Below are positions 1 through 8,553 of a stretch of DNA of 64,000 nt, one piece after another. The DNA is from Salinarimonas sp. GTDB taxonomy: Bacteria > Pseudomonadota > Alphaproteobacteria > Rhizobiales > Beijerinckiaceae. Location: positions 4,842-68,841 of the forward strand of contig JBNPEA010000045.1 in the NCBI GenBank assembly GCA_051117315.1, written 5' to 3'. How positions within the stretch are numbered: the first letter of the stretch is position 1; every line of letters starts with the position of its first letter. The position numbers and the translations under genes are program-made. The notes below the pieces were generated by a model, which did not search any database, had not been told where the DNA came from, and saw only the letters and a list, made by a program, of their open reading frames with translations.

Positions 1-756
1 GAAGTTCAGCTTCATGGCGTTGCCGGGCGTGATCGTCGTGTCGGAATAATAGTCGTACTGCTCGGCGTTGGGGGCGTTCCACAGGTGCGGCCTGGTGCGG
101 GCGTTGCGCACGTTGCGCAGGCGCAGGCTGAGGCTCTCGCCGGCCGCGCAGACCGGGATGCGATACGTGATGTCAGAGCCGCCGTTGTCGGCGACGAGCG
201 TCATCTGCGAGCGCTGGCCCTCGGCCCCGACGCCGTTGCCGAGGCCGTTGCGATCCGGGTCGAAGCAATAGGCGAAGATCTGGTTGTAGTCCGCCGCCTC
301 GTGGCTGAGCTGGACGAGGGGCGGCTCGGGCGTCACCACGCGCGTCAGCCCGCGCGCCACGGCGACGACCTCGACGCGCAGGGTGTCGGGCATGCCCGGC
401 ACCGCCGAGACGATCCGCAGCGGCACCGCGGCGCTCACCCTCACCTCGTAGTCGGTCCCGCCTCCGGGTCGCGGCACCGCGCGGGTGGCGACGGCGAGGT
501 CGCGGACGTCCGCGCCGTGCCGCGCCAGGATCGCCTGCTTCGCCGCCGCGCTGACCGCGTCCTGGTCGGCGGCGTCGTGGCTGTGGAGCGCGAAGGCGTC
601 GGCCTCCGCCTGCAGCGCGGCCTCGACCGTGGCGGTCCTGGCGTAGTCGACGCCGGCGCCCGTCACGCCGAGCACCGGCAGGAGGCTCAGCGCGAAGGCG
701 ACGGCGACCGCGCCGCGGCTGTCCCCCGCGAAGGATCGCAGATGCGTCGTGGGCAT
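1..756 (-). CDS. TadE/TadG-like Flp-pilus assembly protein, first 252 codons only; the C-terminus lies beyond the left window edge
   Basis: Absent from the ORF track because it has no in-window stop. My translation from the ATG (complement of 754-756) reads MPTTHLRSFAGDSRGAVAVAFALSLLPVLGVTGAGVDYARTA...YCFDPDRNG...VCAAGESLSLRL...YYSDTTITPGNAMKLNF. It has a TadE/G-type N-terminal hydrophobic segment, is open to position 1, and shows strong GC3 bias. Confidence 0.55.
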   Translation of the reverse strand, partial: MPTTHLRSFAGDSRGAVAVAFALSLLPVLGVTGAGVDYARTATVEAALQAEADAFALHSHDAADQDAVSAAAKQAILARHGADVRDLAVATRAVPRPGGGTDYEVRVSAAVPLRIVSAVPGMPDTLRVEVVAVARGLTRVVTPEPPLVQLSHEAADYNQIFAYCFDPDRNGLGNGVGAEGQRSQMTLVADNGGSDITYRIPVCAAGESLSLRLRNVRNARTRPHLWNAPNAEQYDYYSDTTITPGNAMKLNF

Positions 757-871
757 GCTCCACCTCGTCCGGATCGCAGAAGCGCCCGCGGGCGCCGATC
801 GAGGCGAGAGCCTGCCCGCGCCGTCTTACCATCGATTGGAGACGATGCGTCGAATGCGAGCCGTCCGTCGA

Positions 872-1081
872 TCAGTGCGTGAGAGACACGCGGCGCTCGT
901 AGATGTCGCGGGCGATCGATTCGTAGTGGGTGACGAGCGTGGCGATCTCGGAGGTGAAGGCGTGGCGCGGCGAGGAGGCGCAATCGGCGAGGGGCCGGCG
1001 CGCGGTCGCGTCCGACACCGAGACGCCGACGGTGAAGACCGCGATCCCCTCCCTGCGCAAGCTGACGTAGACGCTCGCCAT
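872..1081 (-). CDS. small hypothetical protein (69 aa)
   Basis: ORF-track entry. Nearly every codon ends in G or C, as in the real genes here. No family recognised. Confidence 0.3.
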   Translation of the reverse strand: MASVYVSLRREGIAVFTVGVSVSDATARRPLADCASSPRHAFTSEIATLVTHYESIARDIYERRVSLTH

Positions 1082-1179
1082 GCGCGTATTGAGGAGGCGC
1101 GCCCACGGTCGCGTCGACCTCGCCGCGAGGCTCGCCAGCGCGTCCGCGATGGCCTAGACATCGGTGCTGGAGATCGCCC

Positions 1180-2121
1180 ATGGCCGCCTTCGACGATGAG
1201 AGCCCGCTCGACGACGACGCCCTGCGCGACGCCCTGATCGCCCTGATCGATCTCGACGTCGCGGGCGGGGTGGACTGCGCGCTGGACGAGACGCCGCACG
1301 ACCGCTTCGCCGACGAGGCGGCGCGGCGAGAGGAGGCGCGCGCGGCCCGTCCCCAGGCCGTCGCGCCGGAGCCCCGCGGCGAGCCGCCCCGCCGCGAGCC
1401 GCCGCGCCACCCCGCCGCGCCGACGGCCGAGTCGGCTCCGCCCCGTCCCGCCGTCCCCCCCGGCGCCCTCGATCCAGAGGGCGCGGTGGCGAGCGCGCGG
1501 GCGCTGGCGGAGGGCGCCGCGGACCTCGCGGCGCTCGAGCGCGCGCTCGCCGGCTTCGAGGGGTGCGCCCTCAAGGCCTCGGCCCGCAGCCTCGTCTTCG
1601 CGGACGGCACGCCGGGCGCGCGGGTGATGATCGTGGGGGAGGCCCCGGGCGCCGACGAGGACCGGACGGGAATGCCCTTCGTCGGGCGCGCGGGGCAGCT
1701 GCTCGACCGCATGCTCGCCGCCATCGCGCTCACCCGCGCAGACGTCTACATCGCCAACGTCGTGCCCTGGCGCCCGCCGGGCAACCGCACGCCGACGCCG
1801 CAGGAAGTCGCCGCCTGCCTGCCCTTCACCCGTCGCCAGATCGCGCTCGCCGACCCGGACATCCTCGTGTGCATGGGCGCGCCGGCGACGCAGCACCTGC
1901 TCGGGCTGCGCGAGGGAATCACACGGGTGCGCGGGCGCTGGCTCGACTACGACACCGGCCGGCGCACGATCCGCGCCCTGCCGATGCTCCACCCGGCCTA
2001 CCTGCTGCGCCAGCCGCTGCAGAAGCGCCTCGCCTGGCGCGACCTGCGCACCCTGCGCGCGGCGCTGCTGGAAGGCGCCCGCGAGGCGTCCGCTCAGGCT
2101 TCCGAGAGCCCGCCGAGATAG
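1180..2121 (+). CDS. uracil-DNA glycosylase, family 4 type, with a ~125-aa acidic/Pro-Ala-rich N-terminal extension
   Basis: Carries the motifs VMIVGEAPGADEDRTGMPFVGRAGQLLDRML and MLHPAYLLRQP, typical of family-4 UDG / SPO1 DNA-polymerase-related proteins. Confidence 0.85.
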   Translation: MAAFDDESPLDDDALRDALIALIDLDVAGGVDCALDETPHDRFADEAARREEARAARPQAVAPEPRGEPPRREPPRHPAAPTAESAPPRPAVPPGALDPEGAVASARALAEGAADLAALERALAGFEGCALKASARSLVFADGTPGARVMIVGEAPGADEDRTGMPFVGRAGQLLDRMLAAIALTRADVYIANVVPWRPPGNRTPTPQEVAACLPFTRRQIALADPDILVCMGAPATQHLLGLREGITRVRGRWLDYDTGRRTIRALPMLHPAYLLRQPLQKRLAWRDLRTLRAALLEGAREASAQASESPPR

Positions 2122-2585
2122 GCGCGCGCCTCGGGATCGCTCACCGCGTGCAGCCCCGCCGCCGCCTGGCGGGCGAAGCGCAGGGTCAGTGCCTTGCGCC
2201 GCGCCGGCGCCAGCGGATGGTGCGGCGGATCGCGCAGGATCTCGGCGCCGAACCCGTCCGCCAGGATCAGCCCCGTCTCGATCGGCAGGATGTCGATGGG
2301 CGTCCCCGCGTCGACGGCGAAGTAGAGCCTGTCGCAGAAGTCCCGGTAGTCCGGCCATTTCCGATCGGCGCGGAAATCCCGCACGCTCGACTTGATCTCC
2401 ACGATCGAGACGCCGCCGTCGCGCGACAGCGCGATCACGTCCGCGCGTCGGCCGGAGCGCAGGGTGAACTCGCACAGGGTGCCGCAGTCGAGCGCGGCGA
2501 ACAGCCGGCGCACGCCCCGCTGGATGGCGATGGCGGTCGGTGACTGGCGCCCGTCGGGGCGGGGGGCTTGCGCGAGGCTGATCAT
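2094..2585 (-). CDS. mmcB: MmcB-family DNA repair protein (PD-(D/E)XK-like)
   Basis: Contains ADVIALSRDGGVSIVEIKSSVRDFRADRKWPDYRDFCDRLYFAV, as I recall for the MmcB family. Start refined to the internal ATG (MISLAQ, complement of 2583-2585). The 3' end overlaps the udg 3' end convergently by 28 nt. Confidence 0.7.
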   Translation of the reverse strand: MISLAQAPRPDGRQSPTAIAIQRGVRRLFAALDCGTLCEFTLRSGRRADVIALSRDGGVSIVEIKSSVRDFRADRKWPDYRDFCDRLYFAVDAGTPIDILPIETGLILADGFGAEILRDPPHHPLAPARRKALTLRFARQAAAGLHAVSDPEARAYLGGLSEA

Positions 2586-2706
2586 GCTTCGTTCTAGCAC
2601 GACGTCGCCACGTTGAAAACGCGCGCGCGCATCGCGGTCGTTCACCGGACCTTAGGCGCTGGCGGGACAATGTCGCCGCTTCGAGAGATCGATCGAGCAC
2701 GAGATC

Positions 2707-4437
2707 ATGGACACACCGATCCGGTCCCGCCGCGATCGTACACCACCGACGGAGGACGGGATCGCGCCGGCCGTGGCGCAGGCGTTACAGGCGCGGGCCG
2801 CCGGCATGGCGGAGATCGGCGGCTTCCTCTTCGCCGACGGCGAGGTCACGCTCACGCCCGAGGCCGCGACGCTGCTCCGGCTGGGGCCGCCCGGGGTCGT
2901 GCCGCTGGCGACCTTCCTCGCGGCCTTTCCCGTGGGTGAGCGCACCCGCCTCGCGGGCGTCCTCGCGGGCTGCCGCACGGCGACGTGCGGGGTCGCCGGC
3001 GCCTGCTCGGTCGAGATCGCGCTCGCCGAGCGGACCGTCCACGTCAGTGCGCGGCGCGACGGCGCCGCCCGATCAGGCGCGGCCGTTCTCGGCTTCGTGC
3101 AGGACGTCAGTCGGCGCCGCGGGCAGGAGCGGGCGCTCTGGACGCTCGCCAACGTCGACGACCTGACCGGCCTCTGGAACCGGAAGCGCTTCGTCGAGCT
3201 GCTGGAGGCGGCCGTCGCCGATCCCGGCGCGGGCCTCCTCATCATCGACGTGGACAAGCTCAAGGACGTGAACGACACGCTCGGTCACGGCGTCGGCGAC
3301 GCGCTCATCCGCGGGGTCGCCGCGCGCATCCGCAGCGCGCTCGTGGGCGACCAGGAGGCCGCCAGGCTCGGGGGCGACGAATTCGCCGTCGTCATCGCCC
3401 GCGCCGACGCGGCCATGCTCGCGGGCACCGCGACGCGCATCCTCGTCGCCTGCGCCGAGCCGATCGTGGCCGAGGGCCACACGATCATGCCCTCCGTCTC
3501 GATCGGCGGCGCGCGGGCGTGCGACGGAATCGGCGCGGAGGTCCTGCGCGGCAACGCCGACATCGCGCTCTACCACGCCAAGGAGACCGGCCGCGGCCGC
3601 TACGCGGCCTACCGCCCGACGATCCGCTCGGCCATCCTCGGGCGGCTGGAGCAGGTGCGCACGGCGTCCGAGATCCTGGCGGCGGGGCGGGTCAGCCCCC
3701 GCTGCATGCCGGTGGTGCGCCTTCGCGACCGCCATCTGGGCGGCTTCGAAGCCCTGGCGCGGCTCGAGACAGGCGGCGAGACGCAGTCGCCGGCACGCTA
3801 CCCGGCGGCGCTGGTCGATCCGCGCATCGGCCACGCGCTGACCACGCGCATGCTCGACGCCACGGCGGCGGACCTCGCCCGCTTCGCGGCGCGCGGGCTC
3901 CGCTTCGACAAGCTCGGGCTCAACGTCACGCTGGCCGATTTCGAGCGCGGCGACCTCGAGGCCCGCATCGAGCGCAGCTTCGGCGAGGCGGGCGTGCCGA
4001 TGGACAAGCTCGTCGTCGAGGTCACCGAGCGCGTCTTCCTGGACGGCGACACCGGCTGCATCGCCCGCACGGCGGCGCGTCTGCGCGAGCGCGGCGTGCG
4101 TATTTCCCTCGACGATTTCGGCACCGGCTTCGCCTCGCTCACGCATCTGCGGACCTTCCCGCTCGACACGATCAAGGTCGATCGCACCTTCGTCGCGCGG
4201 ATTTGCGAGGACCCGGCGAGCCACGCCATCGTCTCCGGGCTGATCGAGCTCGCTGCCCGGCTCGAGATCGACCTCATCGCCGAGGGGATCGAGACGCGCG
4301 AGCAGCTCGACCTCCTCGAGGCGCTCGGCTGCCCCTTCGGCCAGGGCTACCTCTTCGCCCCGCCCCTCGCCTTCGAGGAGGCGGCGGCCTTCCTCGAGGG
4401 GATCGGCACGGGCATGCGCACGCCGATCGCGGCCTGA
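2707..4437 (+). CDS. GGDEF-EAL signalling protein (diguanylate cyclase/phosphodiesterase) with an N-terminal sensor region
   Basis: Carries RLGGDEFAVV (GGDEF), FEALARL (EAL), DDFGTGFASL and QGYLFAPP motifs. Confidence 0.9.
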   Translation: MDTPIRSRRDRTPPTEDGIAPAVAQALQARAAGMAEIGGFLFADGEVTLTPEAATLLRLGPPGVVPLATFLAAFPVGERTRLAGVLAGCRTATCGVAGACSVEIALAERTVHVSARRDGAARSGAAVLGFVQDVSRRRGQERALWTLANVDDLTGLWNRKRFVELLEAAVADPGAGLLIIDVDKLKDVNDTLGHGVGDALIRGVAARIRSALVGDQEAARLGGDEFAVVIARADAAMLAGTATRILVACAEPIVAEGHTIMPSVSIGGARACDGIGAEVLRGNADIALYHAKETGRGRYAAYRPTIRSAILGRLEQVRTASEILAAGRVSPRCMPVVRLRDRHLGGFEALARLETGGETQSPARYPAALVDPRIGHALTTRMLDATAADLARFAARGLRFDKLGLNVTLADFERGDLEARIERSFGEAGVPMDKLVVEVTERVFLDGDTGCIARTAARLRERGVRISLDDFGTGFASLTHLRTFPLDTIKVDRTFVARICEDPASHAIVSGLIELAARLEIDLIAEGIETREQLDLLEALGCPFGQGYLFAPPLAFEEAAAFLEGIGTGMRTPIAA

Positions 4438-4442
4438 GAGCC

Positions 4443-5549
4443 TCAGCCCCGCTCGAGCGCGGCGACGATGGCGTCGCCCATCTCGCCGGTGGAGACCGCG
4501 TTCGCGCCCTCGCCGGCGATGTCCTTGGTACGCGCGCCCGACGCCAGCGCCGCGGTGATCGCGGCCTCGAGCCGGTCCGCCGCCTCCACGAGACCGAACG
4601 AGTAGCGCAGGCACATGGCGAGCGAGCCGATCATCGCGATCGGGTTCGCGAGCCCGCGCCCGGCGATGTCCGGCGCCGAGCCGTGCACCGGCTCGTAGAG
4701 CGCCTTGCGCTCGCCGGTCTGCGGGTCCTCGGCGCCGAGCGACGCCGACGGCAGCATGCCGAGCGAGCCCGTCAGCATGGCGGCGACGTCGGAGAGGATG
4801 TCGCCGAAGAGGTTGTCGCAGACGATGACGTCGTACTGCTTGGGGAAGCGCACGAGCTGCATGGCGCAATTGTCGGCGAGCACGTGCTCGAGCGTCACGT
4901 CCGCGTAGTCCTGCGCGTGGATGCGGGTGACGACCTCCTTCCAGAGCACGCCCGTGCGCATGACGTTGTGCTTCTCGGCGGAGGAGACCTTGTTGCGGCG
5001 CTTGCGCGCCAGCTCGAAGGCGACGCGGGCGATGCGGTCGATCTCGCCCGTCGTGTAGAGCTGCGTGTCGACGGCGCGCTTCTCGCCGTTCTCGAGCGTG
5101 ACGATCTCCTTGGGCTCGCCGAAATAGACGCCGCCGGTGAGCTCGCGCACGATGACGATGTCGAGCCCCTCGACGAGCTCCGGCTTGAGCGAGGAGGCGC
5201 TCGCGAGCGCCGGGTAGCAGATCGCCGGGCGGAGGTTGGCGAAGAGCCCCAAGTCCTTGCGCAGGCGCAGGAGCCCCGCCTCGGGGCGGTGCTCGTAGGG
5301 CACGCCGGCCCATTTCGGTCCGCCGACCGCGCCGAACAGCACCGCGTCCGCGGCGTCGGCGAGGCGCATCGCGTCCTCCGAGATCGCCTTGCCGTGCGCG
5401 TCGTAGGCGGCGCCGCCGACGAGGTCGGTCTGCGTCTCGAACGCGGCGACGCCCGCCTTGGTCAGCCAGGAGACGATCTTCTCGACCTCCCCCATCACCT
5501 CGGGGCCGATCCCGTCGCCGGGGAGGAGAAGGAGCTTGTGCGTCGCCAT
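4443..5549 (-). CDS. leuB: 3-isopropylmalate dehydrogenase
   Basis: [19 protein letters not shown]..., LFGDILSD and GSAPDIAG motifs over a full-length 368 aa. Confidence 0.95.
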   Translation of the reverse strand: MATHKLLLLPGDGIGPEVMGEVEKIVSWLTKAGVAAFETQTDLVGGAAYDAHGKAISEDAMRLADAADAVLFGAVGGPKWAGVPYEHRPEAGLLRLRKDLGLFANLRPAICYPALASASSLKPELVEGLDIVIVRELTGGVYFGEPKEIVTLENGEKRAVDTQLYTTGEIDRIARVAFELARKRRNKVSSAEKHNVMRTGVLWKEVVTRIHAQDYADVTLEHVLADNCAMQLVRFPKQYDVIVCDNLFGDILSDVAAMLTGSLGMLPSASLGAEDPQTGERKALYEPVHGSAPDIAGRGLANPIAMIGSLAMCLRYSFGLVEAADRLEAAITAALASGARTKDIAGEGANAVSTGEMGDAIVAALERG

Positions 5550-5646
5550 GGCGTGCCGTCCGGTTGGTGATTGCGCTGGCGAGCCTTGTGACGGAGGGAG
5601 CGCGCGGGGGCAAGTGGGTGGGGTGGCGTGCAGGATCGCGGTCCGC

Positions 5647-6015
5647 TCACGCCCCTTCGTGCAGCAGGCGCTCGATGGCCTGCGGGTCGGAGGCGATCAC
5701 CCGCAGGTAGGCGAGCAGGGTCGTATCGGGCGCCCCCCGGCCCGCATCGATCTCGCCGAGACGAGCGGGGTCGAGCCGAAAGCGACGGGCGAGCGCGTCC
5801 GCGCTCAGGCCTGTGCGCGCGCGCGCCGTGCGCAGGAGCGACGTGGCTTCGAGGCGGGCGAGCATGGCGTCCGACAGGAGCGGGTTGTCCGGATCCGCGG
5901 CGGCGCCCGCGGCGATCGCCTCCTCGTCGATCGCCTCCAGCCGCGCACGCAGAGCCGGATCGTCGCGCCGCGCCTGGGCGCGGATCTCGTCGAGGGTCTT
6001 ATGGACGATCGCCAT
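5647..6015 (-). CDS. antitoxin partner of BrnT: BrnA-like N-terminus fused to an XRE/MqsA-like HTH C-terminus
   Basis: Start refined to [12 protein letters not shown] (complement of 6013-6015). [19 protein letters not shown] resembles the BrnA_antitoxin signature. [46 protein letters not shown] is HTH-like. Overlaps the brnT 3' end by 17 nt. Confidence 0.6.
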   Translation of the reverse strand: MAIVHKTLDEIRAQARRDDPALRARLEAIDEEAIAAGAAADPDNPLLSDAMLARLEATSLLRTARARTGLSADALARRFRLDPARLGEIDAGRGAPDTTLLAYLRVIASDPQAIERLLHEGA

Positions 6016-6283
6016 GGAGGCGCCTCTCCTTCTGGCTCGCCTTGCGCGCGGAGATGATCCGGCGCGCATCGGCGCGTACGGTGTATACCACGGCGAGGAC
6101 CACACCTCTAACCCGCCCGAACGCGATCCAGCGCGGCTCGTCGTAGCCGGGTCTATCATCGGCGACGTCGGTCCGCCGAGGATCCATGAACACTTCGGTC
6201 GCGATTTCGAACGAGATGCCGTGCTTGGCGAGGTTCGCGGCCGCCTTCGTCGCGTGCCATTCGAAGCGCGGCGTTATGCTCAT
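5999..6283 (-). CDS. brnT: BrnT-family (DUF497) type II toxin, 94 aa
   Basis: This is the C-terminal part of ORF 5999..7285. The ATG at the complement of 6281-6283 gives MSITPRFEWHATKAAANLAKHGISFEIATEVFMDP...[16 protein letters not shown], a classic DUF497 pattern. Confidence 0.8.
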   Translation of the reverse strand: MSITPRFEWHATKAAANLAKHGISFEIATEVFMDPRRTDVADDRPGYDEPRWIAFGRVRGVVLAVVYTVRADARRIISARKASQKERRLHGDRP

Positions 6284-6288
6284 TAGAC

Positions 6289-6314
6289 GACGTATATGCA
6301 GCTTTCGATACGTC
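6289..6314 (-). promoter_or_regulatory. inverted repeat GACGTAT-N12-ATACGTC overlapping a sigma70-like promoter just upstream of brnT
   Basis: Read on the minus strand: TTGCCG-17 nt-TATACG, then 7 nt, then the ATG. No Shine-Dalgarno is visible. The segment is locally AT-rich. Confidence 0.4.
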
Positions 6315-6430
6315 GGCAATTGCCGGTTCGGGGCAGTGCTTGGTGTGTCCAGCGCGCGGCGCGAACGCCGCTGGAAAGACCGGCGCGCGGTCGATAGAAT
6401 TGTCGACTGAAGGCTTGGAGGACGACGGAC

Positions 6431-7180
6431 ATGCCGAAAATCGCGCTGGTGACGGGGGCCGGGTCCGGGATCGGGGCGGCGGCGGCATTGGAGCTGGCGC
6501 GGGGCGGGTTCGATCTCGTGCTCGCCGGGCGCCGGCCGCAGCCGCTGGAGGACGTCGCCGATGCGGTGCGGGCCGTCGGCCGCGAGGCGCTCTGCGTCCC
6601 CACCGACGTCGCCGACGAGGCGCAGGTCGAGGCTCTGTTCGCGGCGATCGTCGCGCGCTTCGGCCGGCTCGACCTCCTGTTCAACAATGCCGGCCTGTTC
6701 GCGCGCGGCGTCGAGATCGACGCGCTGCCCGTCGAGGAATGGCGCCGTTCCGTCGACGTCAACCTCACCGGCGCCTTCCTGTGCGCGCGGGCCGCCTACG
6801 GCTTGATGAAGCGCCAGGACCCGAAGGGCGGGCGCATCGTCAACAACGGCTCGATCTCCGCCCACACGCCGCGCTCGAACTCGGCGCCCTATACCGCGAC
6901 CAAGCACGCGATCACCGGGCTCACCAAGGCGCTCGCCCTCGACGGGCGGGCGCACGACATCGCGGTGGGCCAGATCGACATCGGCAACGCCGAGACCGAG
7001 ATGGTGCGTGCGCTCAACGCAGCCCGTGCCGGCGAGCCCGGCGCGCCGCCGCCGCAGCCGACCATGGACGTCGCCCACGCAGCCCGCGCCGTCGCCCACA
7101 TGGCGAGCCTGCCGCTCGACGCGAACGTGCTGTTCATGACGGTGATGGCGACGAAGATGCCGTTCGTCGGGCGCGGCTGA
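6431..7180 (+). CDS. SDR-family oxidoreductase
   Basis: Has [15 protein letters not shown] and YTATKHAI (YxxxK) motifs. Confidence 0.85.
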   Translation: MPKIALVTGAGSGIGAAAALELARGGFDLVLAGRRPQPLEDVADAVRAVGREALCVPTDVADEAQVEALFAAIVARFGRLDLLFNNAGLFARGVEIDALPVEEWRRSVDVNLTGAFLCARAAYGLMKRQDPKGGRIVNNGSISAHTPRSNSAPYTATKHAITGLTKALALDGRAHDIAVGQIDIGNAETEMVRALNAARAGEPGAPPPQPTMDVAHAARAVAHMASLPLDANVLFMTVMATKMPFVGRG

Positions 7181-7298
7181 GCCTCTCGGTCCCCTCGGGG
7201 CGGCGCGGGCTCGCGGCGATCCGCCGCGCCGCATCATCCGGCGGCTCCGACCTATGATGACCTTCCGGAGCCGCGCGTGCCGCACTCAGGAGGATAGC

Positions 7299-8534
7299 AT
7301 GTTCGCGCCCCCGACCCGTGCCGAAGGCCTCGCCCGCCTCGCCCGCTTCGTGCCGCGAGCCGGGCAGGCCTATGCCGAGAGCCGCAACGAGGATCGCGGC
7401 CCGCGCGACCGGGCCAACGTCTCGACGCTCTCGCCCTGGATCCGCCATCGCCTCGTGACCGAGCGCGAGGTCCTGGCCGCCGTGCTGGCCGGGCACCGGC
7501 TCGAGGACGCCGAGAAGTTCGTGCAGGAGGTGCTCTGGCGCACCTACTGGAAGGGCTGGCTGGAGCAGCGCCCGGGCGTGTGGGACCGCTACCTCGCCCG
7601 GCGCGGCGCGGACCTGCGGGCGCTCGAGACGGACCTGTCCCTGCGCCGGCGCGTGGAGGAGGCGACGGCCGGGCGCACCGGCATCGCCGGCTTCGACGAC
7701 TGGGCGCACGAGCTCGCCGAGACGGGGTATCTCCACAACCATGCACGGATGTGGTTTTCCTCGATCTGGATCTTCACCCTGCGCCTTCCCTGGGCGTTGG
7801 GCGCGGATTTCTTCCTGCGTCACCTCATCGACGGCGATCCGGCCTCGAATACGCTCTCCTGGCGCTGGACGGCGGGGTTGCAGACCCCGGGCAAGACCTA
7901 TCTCGCCCGCGCCGACAACATCGCCCGTTTCACCGGCGGGCGCTACGTGCCCGACGGCCTCTCGCACAGCGCCGAGCCGCTCGTGGAGGCGCCGCCGCCG
8001 ACGCCCCGGGGCGTCCCGCCGGCCGACACGCCGCGTCCGCTCGATGCCGCCCTCCTCGTCACCGAGGAGGACATGACGCCCGAGCACTGGGACATCGGCC
8101 CGATCAGGCCCAAGGCGGTGCTGGTGGCCCATGCCACGGCGGCGCGCTCGCCCCTCGCGACCTCTCCGATGGTCCTCGGCTTCGCCGATGGCGCGGCGGC
8201 GGACGCGGCGATGCGCGCCTCGGAGCATTTCGGCGTCCCGGCCCACCTGGTGGCGCTGGCGCCGCAGGCGCTCACCGATGCGGCGCGGGCGCTGCGCGTC
8301 GGCGCACTGGCGACGGGCTTCGCCCCCGTCGGGCCGGCGGCGGACGCTCTCGTCCGGGCGCAGGCCTCGCTGGCGGACGCCGGCGTCGCGCTGCTGCGCC
8401 TGCGCCGCTCCCTCGACGCCCGCGCCTGGCCGCACGCCACCCGCGGCTTCTTCGCCTTCCGCAAGGCGATTCCCGACCTTCTCGCCGAGGAGGGACTGAT
8501 CCCGCCGCCGTCGCCGGCGCGCGCGGCCCGATAG
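7299..8534 (+). CDS. photolyase/cryptochrome-superfamily protein with the FAD-binding domain at the N-terminus (NewPHL-like, inverted topology)
   Basis: Start refined to the ATG at 7299, preceded by CAGGAGGA. Motifs: STLSPWIRHRLVTEREV, FVQEVLWRTYWKGW, TGIAGFDDWAHELAETGYLHNHARMWFSSIW, DGDPASNTLSWRWTAG. No antenna domain lies upstream, and ~190 aa follow the FAD domain. Confidence 0.75.
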   Translation: MFAPPTRAEGLARLARFVPRAGQAYAESRNEDRGPRDRANVSTLSPWIRHRLVTEREVLAAVLAGHRLEDAEKFVQEVLWRTYWKGWLEQRPGVWDRYLARRGADLRALETDLSLRRRVEEATAGRTGIAGFDDWAHELAETGYLHNHARMWFSSIWIFTLRLPWALGADFFLRHLIDGDPASNTLSWRWTAGLQTPGKTYLARADNIARFTGGRYVPDGLSHSAEPLVEAPPPTPRGVPPADTPRPLDAALLVTEEDMTPEHWDIGPIRPKAVLVAHATAARSPLATSPMVLGFADGAAADAAMRASEHFGVPAHLVALAPQALTDAARALRVGALATGFAPVGPAADALVRAQASLADAGVALLRLRRSLDARAWPHATRGFFAFRKAIPDLLAEEGLIPPPSPARAAR

Positions 8535-8553
8535 GCGCGGGCTCGGACGCGCA

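Noticed and set aside
7254-7298. Upstream ATG (MMTFRSRACRTQEDS) as the start of the photolyase-like gene.
   Set aside because: The Shine-Dalgarno CAGGAGGA sits inside this stretch, positioned for the ATG at 7299. The extra 15 residues are not photolyase-like.
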